From NCBI GenBank assembly GCA_963730935.1, contig CAVSTP010000004.1, positions 1,024,001 to 1,088,000 on the forward strand: a DNA stretch of 64,000 nucleotides. Direction: 5' to 3'. Positions 19,077 through 28,740 of this stretch are shown here, one piece after another; positions within the stretch are counted from its first letter, which is position 1; the number at the start of each line of letters is the position of its first letter. Both the position numbers and the translations under genes were made by a program. The notes under the pieces are model-generated. The model was not told the origin of the DNA. It saw only the letters and a list, made by a program, of their open reading frames with translations, and made no database searches. The DNA comes from an uncultured Nitrospiraceae bacterium (GTDB lineage Bacteria > Nitrospirota > Nitrospiria > Nitrospirales > Nitrospiraceae).

Positions 19077-19093
19077 AATGACTGTACGGGCGG

Positions 19094-19894
19094 TTACCCC
19101 GTTGTGGCCTTGGTAGGAATCGCATCGAAGCCGTACTTGAGCAGTAGCTTTTGGATGCGGGGACTCATCATAAAATTTGCGAACTGCTCAGCGGCCTGCA
19201 GCGAGCCCTGCCGGCAGGTTGCGACTACCGCTTGTCCGAATAGGACGGGAATGGAGCGTCCGGCCGGCGCTTCATCGATGATGCGGACTTGTCCGCTGTT
19301 GATGGCGTCGGCGCGATACACGATGCCCAAATCGGCGTCGCCCCCGCTGACCAGACGGACAACTTCGTCGGTATGGGGTGCCGGAACCAAGTGCGCATGA
19401 TGATGCGCCAAGAGATCAATCTGTTTGAGCGCCCTCACAGAAATCACCCCGACACTCGACGCTTTGGGATCGACGAGGGCCACCCGCCGGGCCCCAGGGA
19501 GCGAGGCATCTCCAAATGAGACCGAAGTGGCAGCCGAGGCGGAGGACATGACCACGACCATGGAGGTCTGTGCATACTGACGCGGCCCGCCGAGCAGCGT
19601 TAGCCCCTTCTGATGGAGCGTCTCCACTTCCTGCAACGATTCGGAAAGAAACACATCGATTGGAGCCCCTTGTTCGATCTGCCGCCGAAGCGTATGCGAA
19701 GGGCCGTACCGCACCTCCACTGGCACGCCGTATTCCTGCTCAAACATCCGCAAGATTTCTTGGAACGGCGCCCTGAGGCTCTGAGCGGCTGCCACCGTCA
19801 ACGTCTCGCCCCGAGCAGGGGCTCCCATTCCCAGGCCGGCGACTCCACAGACGAGCACCATTGTCATGCTGAGTTTCCAAATTTGCATTCGCAC
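19094..19894 (-). CDS. modA: Molybdate ABC transporter periplasmic binding protein (orphan)
   Basis: LTVAAAQSL, YGPS..LRRQIEQGAPIDVF, ADLGIVY..DA, LLKYGF; signal peptide. Confidence 0.85.
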   Translation of the reverse strand: MRMQIWKLSMTMVLVCGVAGLGMGAPARGETLTVAAAQSLRAPFQEILRMFEQEYGVPVEVRYGPSHTLRRQIEQGAPIDVFLSESLQEVETLHQKGLTLLGGPRQYAQTSMVVVMSSASAATSVSFGDASLPGARRVALVDPKASSVGVISVRALKQIDLLAHHHAHLVPAPHTDEVVRLVSGGDADLGIVYRADAINSGQVRIIDEAPAGRSIPVLFGQAVVATCRQGSLQAAEQFANFMMSPRIQKLLLKYGFDAIPTKATTG

Positions 19895-19951
19895 GCTACT
19901 GCTCCCTTCGTCAGAAAATAGGCCGTGATAAGCGCAAGCACGATGCTTCCA

Positions 19952-19968
19952 CGCAAATTCAATACCAC
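19952..19968 (-). promoter_or_regulatory. sigma54 -24/-12 promoter for the modA operon
   Basis: Minus strand TGGTATTGAATTTGCG = GG-N10-GC with TTGC. Confidence 0.65.
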
Positions 19969-20050
19969 GTGCTCTCTCGGCCCTATGACTGGAGAAATGC
20001 CTCCACCCGTTGCTTTTCTCAGGATCCTTCGATGATCAGCTCTTCGAACC

Positions 20051-20090
20051 TGTGAGATTCCGCACAGTCTGCACTGTGCGAAAACGCTAT
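20051..20090. promoter_or_regulatory. Tandem palindromic activator sites (putative bEBP enhancer)
   Basis: TGTGAGATTCCGCACA (20051-20066) and TGTGCGAAAACGCTAT (20075-20090), lying between two divergent sigma54 promoters. Confidence 0.5.
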
Positions 20091-20209
20091 ATCCCTAGTC
20101 ACTATCGCCTAGCCGTTCGAGAAAAACTTGGAGGTCCCTGTCGATATCCCTAGGATAAATGGAGTTTATTCTGACGGTTGAGACCCGACGGAAGGTTGGT
20201 CACGCGCGA

Positions 20210-20226
20210 CAGGTAAGCTGTTTGCT
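20210..20226 (+). promoter_or_regulatory. sigma54 -24/-12 promoter for the RND operon
   Basis: CAGGTAAGCTGTTTGCT = GG-N10-GC with TTGC, about 70 nt before the RND start. Confidence 0.55.
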
Positions 20227-20295
20227 ACGGCTAATTGCTACCCTCGAGCACGTTGCTCTACACTAGAGATTCCTTGACCCGAGTTTGCGCCGCCT

Positions 20296-21795
20296 ATGAA
20301 CCAGATCGTCCTCATTGCCCTCCGCAGGCCCTATACCTTCGTCGTCATGTCCATCTTGATTATCCTGATGGGCACCAAAACGATACTCCAGATGCCGACC
20401 GACGTCTTCCCGAATATCACGATTCCCGTCACGTCCGTGGTCTGGATCTACACCGGCCTGCTGCCGCAGCAGGTGGAAGGACGCATTACCTACTTGTTCG
20501 AACGCTTCCTCACGTCAACGGTCGAAGGCATCAAATATATCCATAGTCATTCTTACTACGGCAGCAGTATCACCAATATTTTTCTCCAGGACGGAGTCGA
20601 CGTGGCCAGAGCCGAAGCGGACATCGTGGGCATTGCGCAAAACGTCGTTAAGGCGCTGCCGCCGGACATTTCCCCTCCAATGGTGATGCGTCTTGCGCCA
20701 TCGTCGATACCGGTCGCCATGCTTCAAGTCAGTAGCGACAACCTGACGCCTGCTGAGCTCTATAATCTGGCCTACATGCGGATCCGACCTCTGCTCGTGA
20801 CGGTCCCGGGAATCGTCCTGCCGCACCCCTACGGCGGCCAGGACATGCAGGTCATGGTCAACCTCGATCAGCAGAAACTGCTCGCCCGTCACCTCACGCC
20901 GACCGATATTCACAATGTCCTCATGAAACAGTACCTTGTGCTCCCGTCCGGGGACATCAAGATCAAGTCGACCGACTGGATCGTCTTGACGAACGCATCG
21001 CCAATGAAAATTGCAGATTTTGGGGACATCCCGGTCAAGCGGGAAGGCAATGCGTTCATCTATTTACGCGACGTTGCCACGGTGCAGCTCATGGGCCGCG
21101 TGCAGCAGAATGCCGTACTCGTCAAGGGCAAACAGACCGTGATCATCGTCGCCATGAAGAGCACGGAGGCCTCGACCCTCGATGTGGTCGATGGCATCAA
21201 GAAGATGATCCCTCGCGCCGAGCAGGTCTCTCCGCCGGGCGTTCAGATTAGGCTTCTCGATGACGCCTCCACCTTCGTCAAGGATTCCATTTTTGACGTC
21301 GTACATGAAATGGCGCTCGCTGGAGCCCTGGTCGGCCTCATCGTGCTGTTGCTCATCGGCTCTTGGAGGGCCACGGTGATCGTCTGGACCTCGATCCCGC
21401 TCTCGATCCTCACCGCGATCATCGGGCTGCATTGGCTGAGCGAGACGATCAATGTCATGACTCTGGGCGGGTTAGCGCTGGCGGTCGGCATTCTTGTGGA
21501 CGATGCCACGGTGATGATCGAGAATATCGATCGCCACATCGAAATGGGCAAGCCGCTCGAGCAGGCCATTATCGACGCCGCCAACCAGATCGTCGTCCCG
21601 ACGCTCGTCGCGACACTTTGTATCGCAATTGTCTGGATTCCGCTCTTCGAGCTGGGCGGCGTAGCTGGCTACCTGTTCAAGCCCATGGCGGAGGCGGTCA
21701 TCATTGCGATGATCGCCTCCTTCATTCTGTCACGCACGCTGGTGCCGACGATGGCGAAATATATGATGAAGAGTCACCATGTCCAAGCCGCTTGA
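20296..21795 (+). CDS. RND efflux permease, N-terminal half (TM1-6) of a split gene
   Basis: ALRRP, DVFP.I..P, GLALAVGILVDDATVMIENI; ends in the loop after TM6. Confidence 0.85.
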   Translation: MNQIVLIALRRPYTFVVMSILIILMGTKTILQMPTDVFPNITIPVTSVVWIYTGLLPQQVEGRITYLFERFLTSTVEGIKYIHSHSYYGSSITNIFLQDGVDVARAEADIVGIAQNVVKALPPDISPPMVMRLAPSSIPVAMLQVSSDNLTPAELYNLAYMRIRPLLVTVPGIVLPHPYGGQDMQVMVNLDQQKLLARHLTPTDIHNVLMKQYLVLPSGDIKIKSTDWIVLTNASPMKIADFGDIPVKREGNAFIYLRDVATVQLMGRVQQNAVLVKGKQTVIIVAMKSTEASTLDVVDGIKKMIPRAEQVSPPGVQIRLLDDASTFVKDSIFDVVHEMALAGALVGLIVLLLIGSWRATVIVWTSIPLSILTAIIGLHWLSETINVMTLGGLALAVGILVDDATVMIENIDRHIEMGKPLEQAIIDAANQIVVPTLVATLCIAIVWIPLFELGGVAGYLFKPMAEAVIIAMIASFILSRTLVPTMAKYMMKSHHVQAA

Positions 21796-23470
21796 CCCTC
21801 ACGAGCCGTCCGGAGCAGCCCCTTCGCGGAATCCCTTTGTCCGCTTTCAGAAGGAGTTTGAGCGTCGCTTCGATCAGTTCCGCGAGGGCTACGGTCGGCT
21901 GCTCGAACACGTGATCGACCGACGCAGCACCTTCGTGAAGATCTCGCTGGCGGTCGCCCTGGCCTCCCTCGGTCTCTTTTTCTTCCTCGGACGCGATTAC
22001 TTCCCTGAGATCCCGTCGGGGGTCATTCAGATGCATATGCGGGCGCCACTCGGGACACGCATCGAAGTGTCGGGACGCCTGGCCACACTGGTCTCCAACA
22101 GCATCGAGGAGCTGCTTCCGGGGCAGGTGGAAAACATTGTTAGCAATTGCGGCCTACCGGTCGGCCCGCACAACCTCGCCTTCATTCCCACGCCGACGAT
22201 CGGTTCCCAGGATTGTGATTTGACGATCCTTTTGGAGAATGAAAAGTCGCCGGTATGGGACTATCGTCGCACTCTGCGCAAGGGCTTGAGGGAGCGTTAT
22301 CCGGGAACCGAATTCACGTTTCAGCCATCCGATTTGACTGCCAAAATTCTCAACTTCGGCGCGCCGGCGCCGATCGACGTGCAGGTCAACGGACCGGACA
22401 TCTATGCCAACTACGAGTATGCCCGCAAATTGGTCGGGAAGTTTCGCGAGATCCCGGGCGCCGTGGACGTCGTCATCCAGCAGACGATGCGCACGCCCAC
22501 CCTCATGGTCGAAGGCAACCGCACGTTCGGATTGGGTGTCAACAGAACCCTGAAGGACATGGCCGACAATTTGCTGATGACGACTGCCGGCAGCCAACAG
22601 GTCGACCAGATCTACTGGCTCGATCCTACGACCGGCATGTCGTACCTGATCAATGTCTATACGCCTCAAGCACAGATCAACAGCCTCAATAGCCTCAAGA
22701 CCATCCCCATTGATTCCTCCGACAAGGCTGTGAAAGACGATATACAGTTGCTTGGCAACCTGGCCGACCTCTCAGCGGAGGGAACCCCTGGCGTGATTAC
22801 GCATGGAAACATCATGCCCTTGATTAATGTGTATGTCTCAGCGGAAGGGCGCGACCTCGGCGGCGTACTGACGGACGTCCAGAAGATCGCCAAGACCATG
22901 GAGCACGAGAAGCCCCGCAGCGCCGAGGTCGAAATCCATGGTCAGGCCTCGCTGATGCACGACGCCTATTTCGAGCTGATCTTTGGGTTGCTCGCCGCGA
23001 TCGTGCTGGTCTACCTGTTGATTGTCGTCAACTTTCAATCCTGGCTCGATCCCTTTATTATCATTACGGCGTTACCCGGAGCATTGGCCGGCATCGCGTG
23101 GGCGTTGTTCCTGACCCATACGCGTCTGTCTGAGCCGGCATTGACGGGTGCCATCATGACGATGGGAACGGCAACGGCGAATTCGATTCTCGTGGTGTCC
23201 TATGCGCGGGAACGGCTTCAAGAGCACGGCAATGCACTCTTGGCCGCAATCGAAGCCGGGAAAACGCGGCTTCGACCAGTGCTCATGACTGCCTTGGCCA
23301 TGATCATCGGGATGGTGCCGATGGCAACAGGCTCTTCCACGAATGCGCCGCTGGGGCGTGCGGTCATCGGCGGTTTGTTCGTCGCCACGCTCTTCACGCT
23401 GCTCTTCGTGCCCTGCGTGTATGCCATGATTTACAACAGGCGAATGCCCCACCAGAAGGAGGCCACATGA
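21779..23470 (+). CDS. RND efflux permease, C-terminal half (TM7-12) of a split gene
   Basis: FERRFD..Y..LL, DYFP, GTATANSILVV, RLRPVLMT, PLGRAVIGG; +1 frame relative to the first half, with its own ATG. Confidence 0.85.
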   Translation: MSKPLDPHEPSGAAPSRNPFVRFQKEFERRFDQFREGYGRLLEHVIDRRSTFVKISLAVALASLGLFFFLGRDYFPEIPSGVIQMHMRAPLGTRIEVSGRLATLVSNSIEELLPGQVENIVSNCGLPVGPHNLAFIPTPTIGSQDCDLTILLENEKSPVWDYRRTLRKGLRERYPGTEFTFQPSDLTAKILNFGAPAPIDVQVNGPDIYANYEYARKLVGKFREIPGAVDVVIQQTMRTPTLMVEGNRTFGLGVNRTLKDMADNLLMTTAGSQQVDQIYWLDPTTGMSYLINVYTPQAQINSLNSLKTIPIDSSDKAVKDDIQLLGNLADLSAEGTPGVITHGNIMPLINVYVSAEGRDLGGVLTDVQKIAKTMEHEKPRSAEVEIHGQASLMHDAYFELIFGLLAAIVLVYLLIVVNFQSWLDPFIIITALPGALAGIAWALFLTHTRLSEPALTGAIMTMGTATANSILVVSYARERLQEHGNALLAAIEAGKTRLRPVLMTALAMIIGMVPMATGSSTNAPLGRAVIGGLFVATLFTLLFVPCVYAMIYNRRMPHQKEAT

Positions 23471-24705
23471 TGCAACGTCTGAGCGGAAAAGTCGTTGCAC
23501 TGTCCGCCCTTGTCCTCTTTCTCTCTTACGTCGGCTATCGCCTCTACGAGACCAAAAGCGACGCAGCCGCGTTGCAGGCGAAAACGCTGGAAGACGCCGT
23601 GCCTACGGTGGCCATTATCCATCCAAAGCCAGGGGATGCGAGCGAGACGATCACACTTCCCGGGAATATTACCGCCTGGTTCGAAGCGCCGATCTACGCG
23701 CAAGTCTCCGGCTATGTGAAGATGTGGTACAAGGATTACGGCGCACAGGTGAAGAAGGGCGATATCCTCGCAGAGATCAACGCACCCGCGCTCGATGCCC
23801 AATATGCGCAGGCCAAGGCGGATCTGGATTCGGAGCGTGCCAAGTATGCGCTCGCGGATATTACCGCCAAACGCTGGGTCGCGCTCCGTCCCAATCAAGC
23901 GGTGTCCGAACAATCCATTTCAGTGAAAGTCGCGGAAGCGAAAGCCGAAGCGGCGAAGGTCAAGGCGTCCGAGCAGAATGTCCGGAACTACGAGGCCCTG
24001 ATCCGGTTTAAAACGATCGTCGCGCCGTATGACGGCGTGGTGACCGTTCGAAATATCAACGTCGGCGACTATGTGAACAAAGAAGGCACGATCAGCACGC
24101 CCGGCTCGATCAGCAATCTCTTCACCGTCGCCGACGTCAGCATGATGCGTCTTTTTGTCAATGTCCCGGAGTCGTTTGGTCCGTTCCTCCACCCAGGCCT
24201 GACGGCCGACGTGACAGTACCGCAATTGCCCGACCGTCATTTCACCGGAAAATTCCTGACCGTCGCCAAGGGCTTCGACGTGAGCACTCGCACGGCCGTC
24301 ACCGTTTTTACGATCGACAACGAAGACCGAGCCTTGTGGCCCGGCTCCTACGGCAAAGTGGTGATCACCGCGCCAGTTGATAGGAAAGTGTTCATGATTC
24401 CGTCGACGGCGCTGGTGTTTCAGGAGCACGGCACGCAAGTGGCGGTGGTGACAGAGGACGACCGAGTGCACTTCCAACCCATCACCGTAAGCAGACTTCT
24501 CGACAGCGCTGTCGAAGTGTCAGAAGGGATTGCCGCCAGCGACCGGATTGTGAACAATCCAGGTGCCGCATTGTTGGAAGGCGACACGGTCCGCATCGTG
24601 ACGCCGGCACCCGGTTATGATCTCGACAATGCCGAACCCGCTTTGCCGGACGACCACAAGGACCACCCGCAGAAAAAACAATCGGCCATGTCAACGTCAC
24701 GATGA
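23467..24705 (+). CDS. RND efflux periplasmic adaptor (MFP)
   Basis: N-terminal TM anchor, lipoyl-like G..VKKGD.LA.I, coiled coil, I.AP.DGVV. Confidence 0.93.
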   Translation: MMQRLSGKVVALSALVLFLSYVGYRLYETKSDAAALQAKTLEDAVPTVAIIHPKPGDASETITLPGNITAWFEAPIYAQVSGYVKMWYKDYGAQVKKGDILAEINAPALDAQYAQAKADLDSERAKYALADITAKRWVALRPNQAVSEQSISVKVAEAKAEAAKVKASEQNVRNYEALIRFKTIVAPYDGVVTVRNINVGDYVNKEGTISTPGSISNLFTVADVSMMRLFVNVPESFGPFLHPGLTADVTVPQLPDRHFTGKFLTVAKGFDVSTRTAVTVFTIDNEDRALWPGSYGKVVITAPVDRKVFMIPSTALVFQEHGTQVAVVTEDDRVHFQPITVSRLLDSAVEVSEGIAASDRIVNNPGAALLEGDTVRIVTPAPGYDLDNAEPALPDDHKDHPQKKQSAMSTSR

Positions 24706-26318
24706 GCAGGTTCGCCATGCACACGAGACCGGACATGACGCGCAGGGCATGGCTCGTCTGCTGGGTGCTGCTCGCGCTGACTCTCACGGCGTGCAGCGAT
24801 CTGTTTCCGACTGTCGATCTTTCACCATCCTATCAGCCGCCCGAATATGTGGTGCCGGCCTCATGGCATGGGTCGAGTCCCTTTGTCGAGGCCACTCCCT
24901 CGGACACCGAATTGCGGCCGGATTGGTGGCAGCTGTATGACGATCCGGCCCTGACCACCCTGATCGAACAAGCCATGGTGGCCAATCCGGATTTGGAAGC
25001 CACAGCTGAGCGGTTTGTCCAGGCGCGCGACATGATGATGAAGGCGCGTTCTCAGTACCTTCCTCGGCTGGGCCTTGGATTCGGCGCCTCGGATAACCGC
25101 GCCTCGAACAATGCGCTGTTCTTTCCACGTGATATTTCGCAACAGGCCTCGACCGTGCACCTTGGCGGGCTGGCCTCCTGGGAGCCCGACTTCTGGTCGG
25201 CCCTGCGCAATGCCACCCGCATTGAAACGTACCGCGCCGAAGAACGCGCGGCCGACTATGGGCTCGCACGCCTTAGCCTCCAGGCGGAAATCGGGACGAA
25301 CTATTTTCTGCTGCGCGGCTATGACGCGCAGATCACAATCTACACCCAATCCATCGACCTCTATAAACGATCGCTCGACATCGTGAAGGCCCAGTTTGCT
25401 GGCGCGATCGCTTCGGCACTCGATGTGGCCCGCGTCGAATCGCTGTTGTTCACTACGGAAACGCAGTTGGCGAGGGTGCACGCACAACGACAGATCACGG
25501 AGCAAGCGATCGCCATCCTTGTCAATATGGCGCCGGCCAGTTTTACCATCAGACCCAAATCGGCAGACGATCTTCGCGTGGCGACGTTCACGCTTCCGCG
25601 AGCCGTCCCGTCGACGTTGCTTGAACGGCGACCAGACATCGCCAGGATGGAACGGCAGATGGCACAGGCAAGCCGGGCCATCGGCATTGCCCGCGCTGCT
25701 TTTTTCCCCAATGTGACGTTTCGCGCCGGCGGAGGATTCGAAGATGTCGGCTTTAACCTGATGTCGCTCGCCAATAGTTTCTGGTCCTACGGTGCCACTG
25801 TGTCGCTGCCGGTGTTTCAAGGCGGTCTTCGCCGCGCGCAATTGCAACAGTCCTGGTCGGCCTACCGCGAGACGGAGGATCGATACCGTTCGACCGTGCT
25901 CAATGCTTTTCGCGAGGTTGAAAACAACCTGAGTCTGACCGGCCAATTGACGCTCGCCGCGAATCGGCAGGACGCCGCCGTCGGGGCAACGTTCAAGGCG
26001 CAAAACCTGACGACCGAACTCTATCAGGGCGGATTGGCATCCAGCCTTGAGCTCATTTATGCCCAGGTCGCCACCCTGACTGCGCGCATCGAATCGGTGC
26101 AGATCAAGGCCGAATTGCTGCAAAGCTCAGTCGGGCTCATCCGTGCGCTCGGCGGGGGTTGGAACCGGAATCAATTGCCCAGGGACGAGCAGATCCAGCC
26201 GTTCGGGACCTTCCAATACGTCAATCTCAACAAACCGGCCCCTCTCAAGGGGATCGACGTCAACGCCGACAATAACGCGATACACAACGATCTGACCAAG
26301 CCCGTCGCCCTTCCGTGA
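24702..26318 (+). CDS. Outer membrane efflux lipoprotein (NodT/OprM family)
   Basis: Lipobox LTAC, WWQLYDDP.L, SWE.D.W, LLERRPDI, RALGGGW. Confidence 0.93.
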   Translation: MSRFAMHTRPDMTRRAWLVCWVLLALTLTACSDLFPTVDLSPSYQPPEYVVPASWHGSSPFVEATPSDTELRPDWWQLYDDPALTTLIEQAMVANPDLEATAERFVQARDMMMKARSQYLPRLGLGFGASDNRASNNALFFPRDISQQASTVHLGGLASWEPDFWSALRNATRIETYRAEERAADYGLARLSLQAEIGTNYFLLRGYDAQITIYTQSIDLYKRSLDIVKAQFAGAIASALDVARVESLLFTTETQLARVHAQRQITEQAIAILVNMAPASFTIRPKSADDLRVATFTLPRAVPSTLLERRPDIARMERQMAQASRAIGIARAAFFPNVTFRAGGGFEDVGFNLMSLANSFWSYGATVSLPVFQGGLRRAQLQQSWSAYRETEDRYRSTVLNAFREVENNLSLTGQLTLAANRQDAAVGATFKAQNLTTELYQGGLASSLELIYAQVATLTARIESVQIKAELLQSSVGLIRALGGGWNRNQLPRDEQIQPFGTFQYVNLNKPAPLKGIDVNADNNAIHNDLTKPVALP

Positions 26319-26373
26319 GCGGAACTTTCCGGTACCAGTTTGACTCGGCCTCGGTCCTGCAACCACGATGACC

Positions 26374-26402
26374 TCAGGAGGCTTTTGTGCGCCGCCTCCT
26401 GA
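26374..26402 (+). terminator. Stem-loop downstream of the RND operon
   Basis: TCAGGAGGC...GCCTCCTGA 9-bp inverted repeat; weak U tract. Confidence 0.45.
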
Positions 26403-26778
26403 AGCTTTCAGCCACTTCGCCGACTAACGCCATCACAGCGTCCAAACAGACCGCCTCATAGACGATGGTGCGCAAAGGCATGACCGCCTTTCGACCCATT
26501 CGGAACCGAACGAGGAGCTGTTTGGAGGGCCGCGTCGCCTGGAGCGTCCTGTTGAACCCGAATCGTACATCCCTCGACGGAGCCCGGATCTAGGGTCTTC
26601 ATATTTTCCCCTCTCGCCTGCTATCGGGCCAGGCTCACAGAATCTGGGGCCCGAGGCTGGACCTCCAGCGTCGCAGCGCGATCCGTTTGACCGCAGGGAC
26701 CGGAGAGGAACGACTGGCGGCGTTCGATGAGGCCGCTCTCCTCCACTGATTTGACATGGCTTCTCTCGTCTACTTACG

Positions 26779-28740
26779 ATGAGGCGGAAGGAGCAAGACG
26801 GTCTGATGAAGGGCCCATTAGTTCGGTTTTTCAACAACCTGCCCATTGCGCGGAAGTTACTGCTCACCGCGCTCATTCCCTTGGCGGCCTTTATAGTGCT
26901 CGGCATTGAGACCTACCGCAGCCTCGAAACCCTCACAGAGCACGAAGAGCAACTGGATCGGGTGTATGTCGCTCAGCGGGCGGCCGCCGAGTATATGCGG
27001 TTGGTCGTGGATTACGAAACCGGATTCCGCGGATATGTCATGACCCGTCAAGATGATTATCTGATTCCTTCGCGAAACGCCCATCAACATCTTCCCTCGG
27101 TCGAGCAGATCCTCTTGGGCCTCATTCGCCCTCATCGTCCGCAGTACGAGACCATTCAAACCGTACAGCATCTGGTGAAGCGACTGATGGACGAGAAAGA
27201 AGCCCTTATTCGATCAGTGAAAAAAGGACAGACATCCGAAGCACTACAGTATCTTGAACAGGGCCGCGGAAGAGACCTCATGCAAAAAGTCCGCGATCAT
27301 ATGGCACGTTTCGACCGGCTGGAGCAGGAGGCGCTCAACGAGGCGCTTGCCAACATGGCACGTTCGCGCACATCGATGGTCACCAGAGTTCTGTGGGGCA
27401 TGGCGATCGTGTTCGTCCTCATGGTACTGGCCTTACAACTCATTGCCCGCTCGATCACCGGCCCGTTGATCGGTCTGGCCAAGTCCGTTCGTTCCTCAGA
27501 CGGCCTCGTCCCAGCGGATGTACCGGTCCTGTCGCGACAGGACGAACTGGGAGAACTTACGCGAGTGATGGGCGCGATGAGCCAGCAGGTGCGGGAACAT
27601 CTCGCGAGCGTGCAGGCGAACCAGGCGGAGCTGTGTGCATTGAACGAGGACCTCGCGGCCTCGGAGGAAAAATATCGCAGTATCGTCGACCATGCACCCT
27701 TTGGAATTTTTTCCACCTCGGGCATGACCGTGACGTTCAGCAATCGCTATAACCGGCTCCTTGCCGGTTTGAATCCCGACGACAGCAGCGAGCCGGATGC
27801 GTTCCGGCAGTGGATCCATCCGGATGACCGGGACCGAGTCCTAAAGGAATATGCGCAAGCCATCGCCGAGGACCGCCCCTATGAGACGGTGCTTCGGTTT
27901 GTTCATGGCGACGGATCGGTCCGGAAAGTGCTGAGCCGTCGTATTCCCATCCGGAACAAAGAGGGCCAGACCACGATGTACCAAGGCTTCAATATCGACA
28001 TTACCGCGCTCGACGCCATGCAACAGCAGCTGAGCCGGGCCGAGCGCTTGGCGACCTTAGGGCAAGTTGCCGCCGGCATCGCCCACGAAATTCGCAATCC
28101 CCTCGTCGGTATTGGATCCACCGCTGCGCTTCTTCGAGACGAGATCGACGCTTTGGATGAAAAGCGTGCAGACCTCGACATCATTTTGAACGAGACCCGC
28201 CGGCTGGACCGCATCGTCAATCAGATCATCGACTATGCACGTCCTCGCGATCTGGTCCCGACCACGTGGCCGGTGGACGGGATCGTCGACGAAGTATTGA
28301 AGTTGTTGGACACACGGCTGGAAAATCAGCGGATCACAATCGTTCGACCTTGCAAGCCGGGCCTGGTTGTTCATGCGGATCGTGACCAGATCAAGCAGGT
28401 TCTGCTGAACTTGTGTCACAACTCCCTGGATGCCATGGCATCCGGAGGCGAACTGGGGATCAGCGCTGGACACTCGATCCACACCGCAAACAGTGGTGTC
28501 TTCATCGAAGTGTCCGACACCGGCTCCGGCATTGCGAAGAAGGACCTGGCCCAGGTCTTTCAACCGTTCTTTACGACCGGAAAGAAACATGGAACCGGAT
28601 TGGGATTGGCCATTTGCCGCAATATCGCCGAAGCGCATGGAGGCGACATTACAATAACCAGCGAACCGGGCCGAGGCACCAAAGCCCGGCTCTGGTTGCC
28701 GCTCCGACCGACACCGGAGCTGGCAGAAATGACGACATGA
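26779..28740 (+). CDS. Sensor histidine kinase, CHASE3-HAMP-PAS-HisKA-HATPase
   Basis: CHASE3 D.ETG.RGY, HAMP DELGEL, PAS IHPDD, H-box AHEIRNPL, N, G1 and G2 boxes. Confidence 0.93.
   Translation: MRRKEQDGLMKGPLVRFFNNLPIARKLLLTALIPLAAFIVLGIETYRSLETLTEHEEQLDRVYVAQRAAAEYMRLVVDYETGFRGYVMTRQDDYLIPSRNAHQHLPSVEQILLGLIRPHRPQYETIQTVQHLVKRLMDEKEALIRSVKKGQTSEALQYLEQGRGRDLMQKVRDHMARFDRLEQEALNEALANMARSRTSMVTRVLWGMAIVFVLMVLALQLIARSITGPLIGLAKSVRSSDGLVPADVPVLSRQDELGELTRVMGAMSQQVREHLASVQANQAELCALNEDLAASEEKYRSIVDHAPFGIFSTSGMTVTFSNRYNRLLAGLNPDDSSEPDAFRQWIHPDDRDRVLKEYAQAIAEDRPYETVLRFVHGDGSVRKVLSRRIPIRNKEGQTTMYQGFNIDITALDAMQQQLSRAERLATLGQVAAGIAHEIRNPLVGIGSTAALLRDEIDALDEKRADLDIILNETRRLDRIVNQIIDYARPRDLVPTTWPVDGIVDEVLKLLDTRLENQRITIVRPCKPGLVVHADRDQIKQVLLNLCHNSLDAMASGGELGISAGHSIHTANSGVFIEVSDTGSGIAKKDLAQVFQPFFTTGKKHGTGLGLAICRNIAEAHGGDITITSEPGRGTKARLWLPLRPTPELAEMTT

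Noticed and set aside
18206..19125. ORF-track proteins 18206-18676, 18565-19125, 18698-18901 and 18768-19049 as intact genes
   Set aside because: They are chimeric or partial frames of two pseudogenes.
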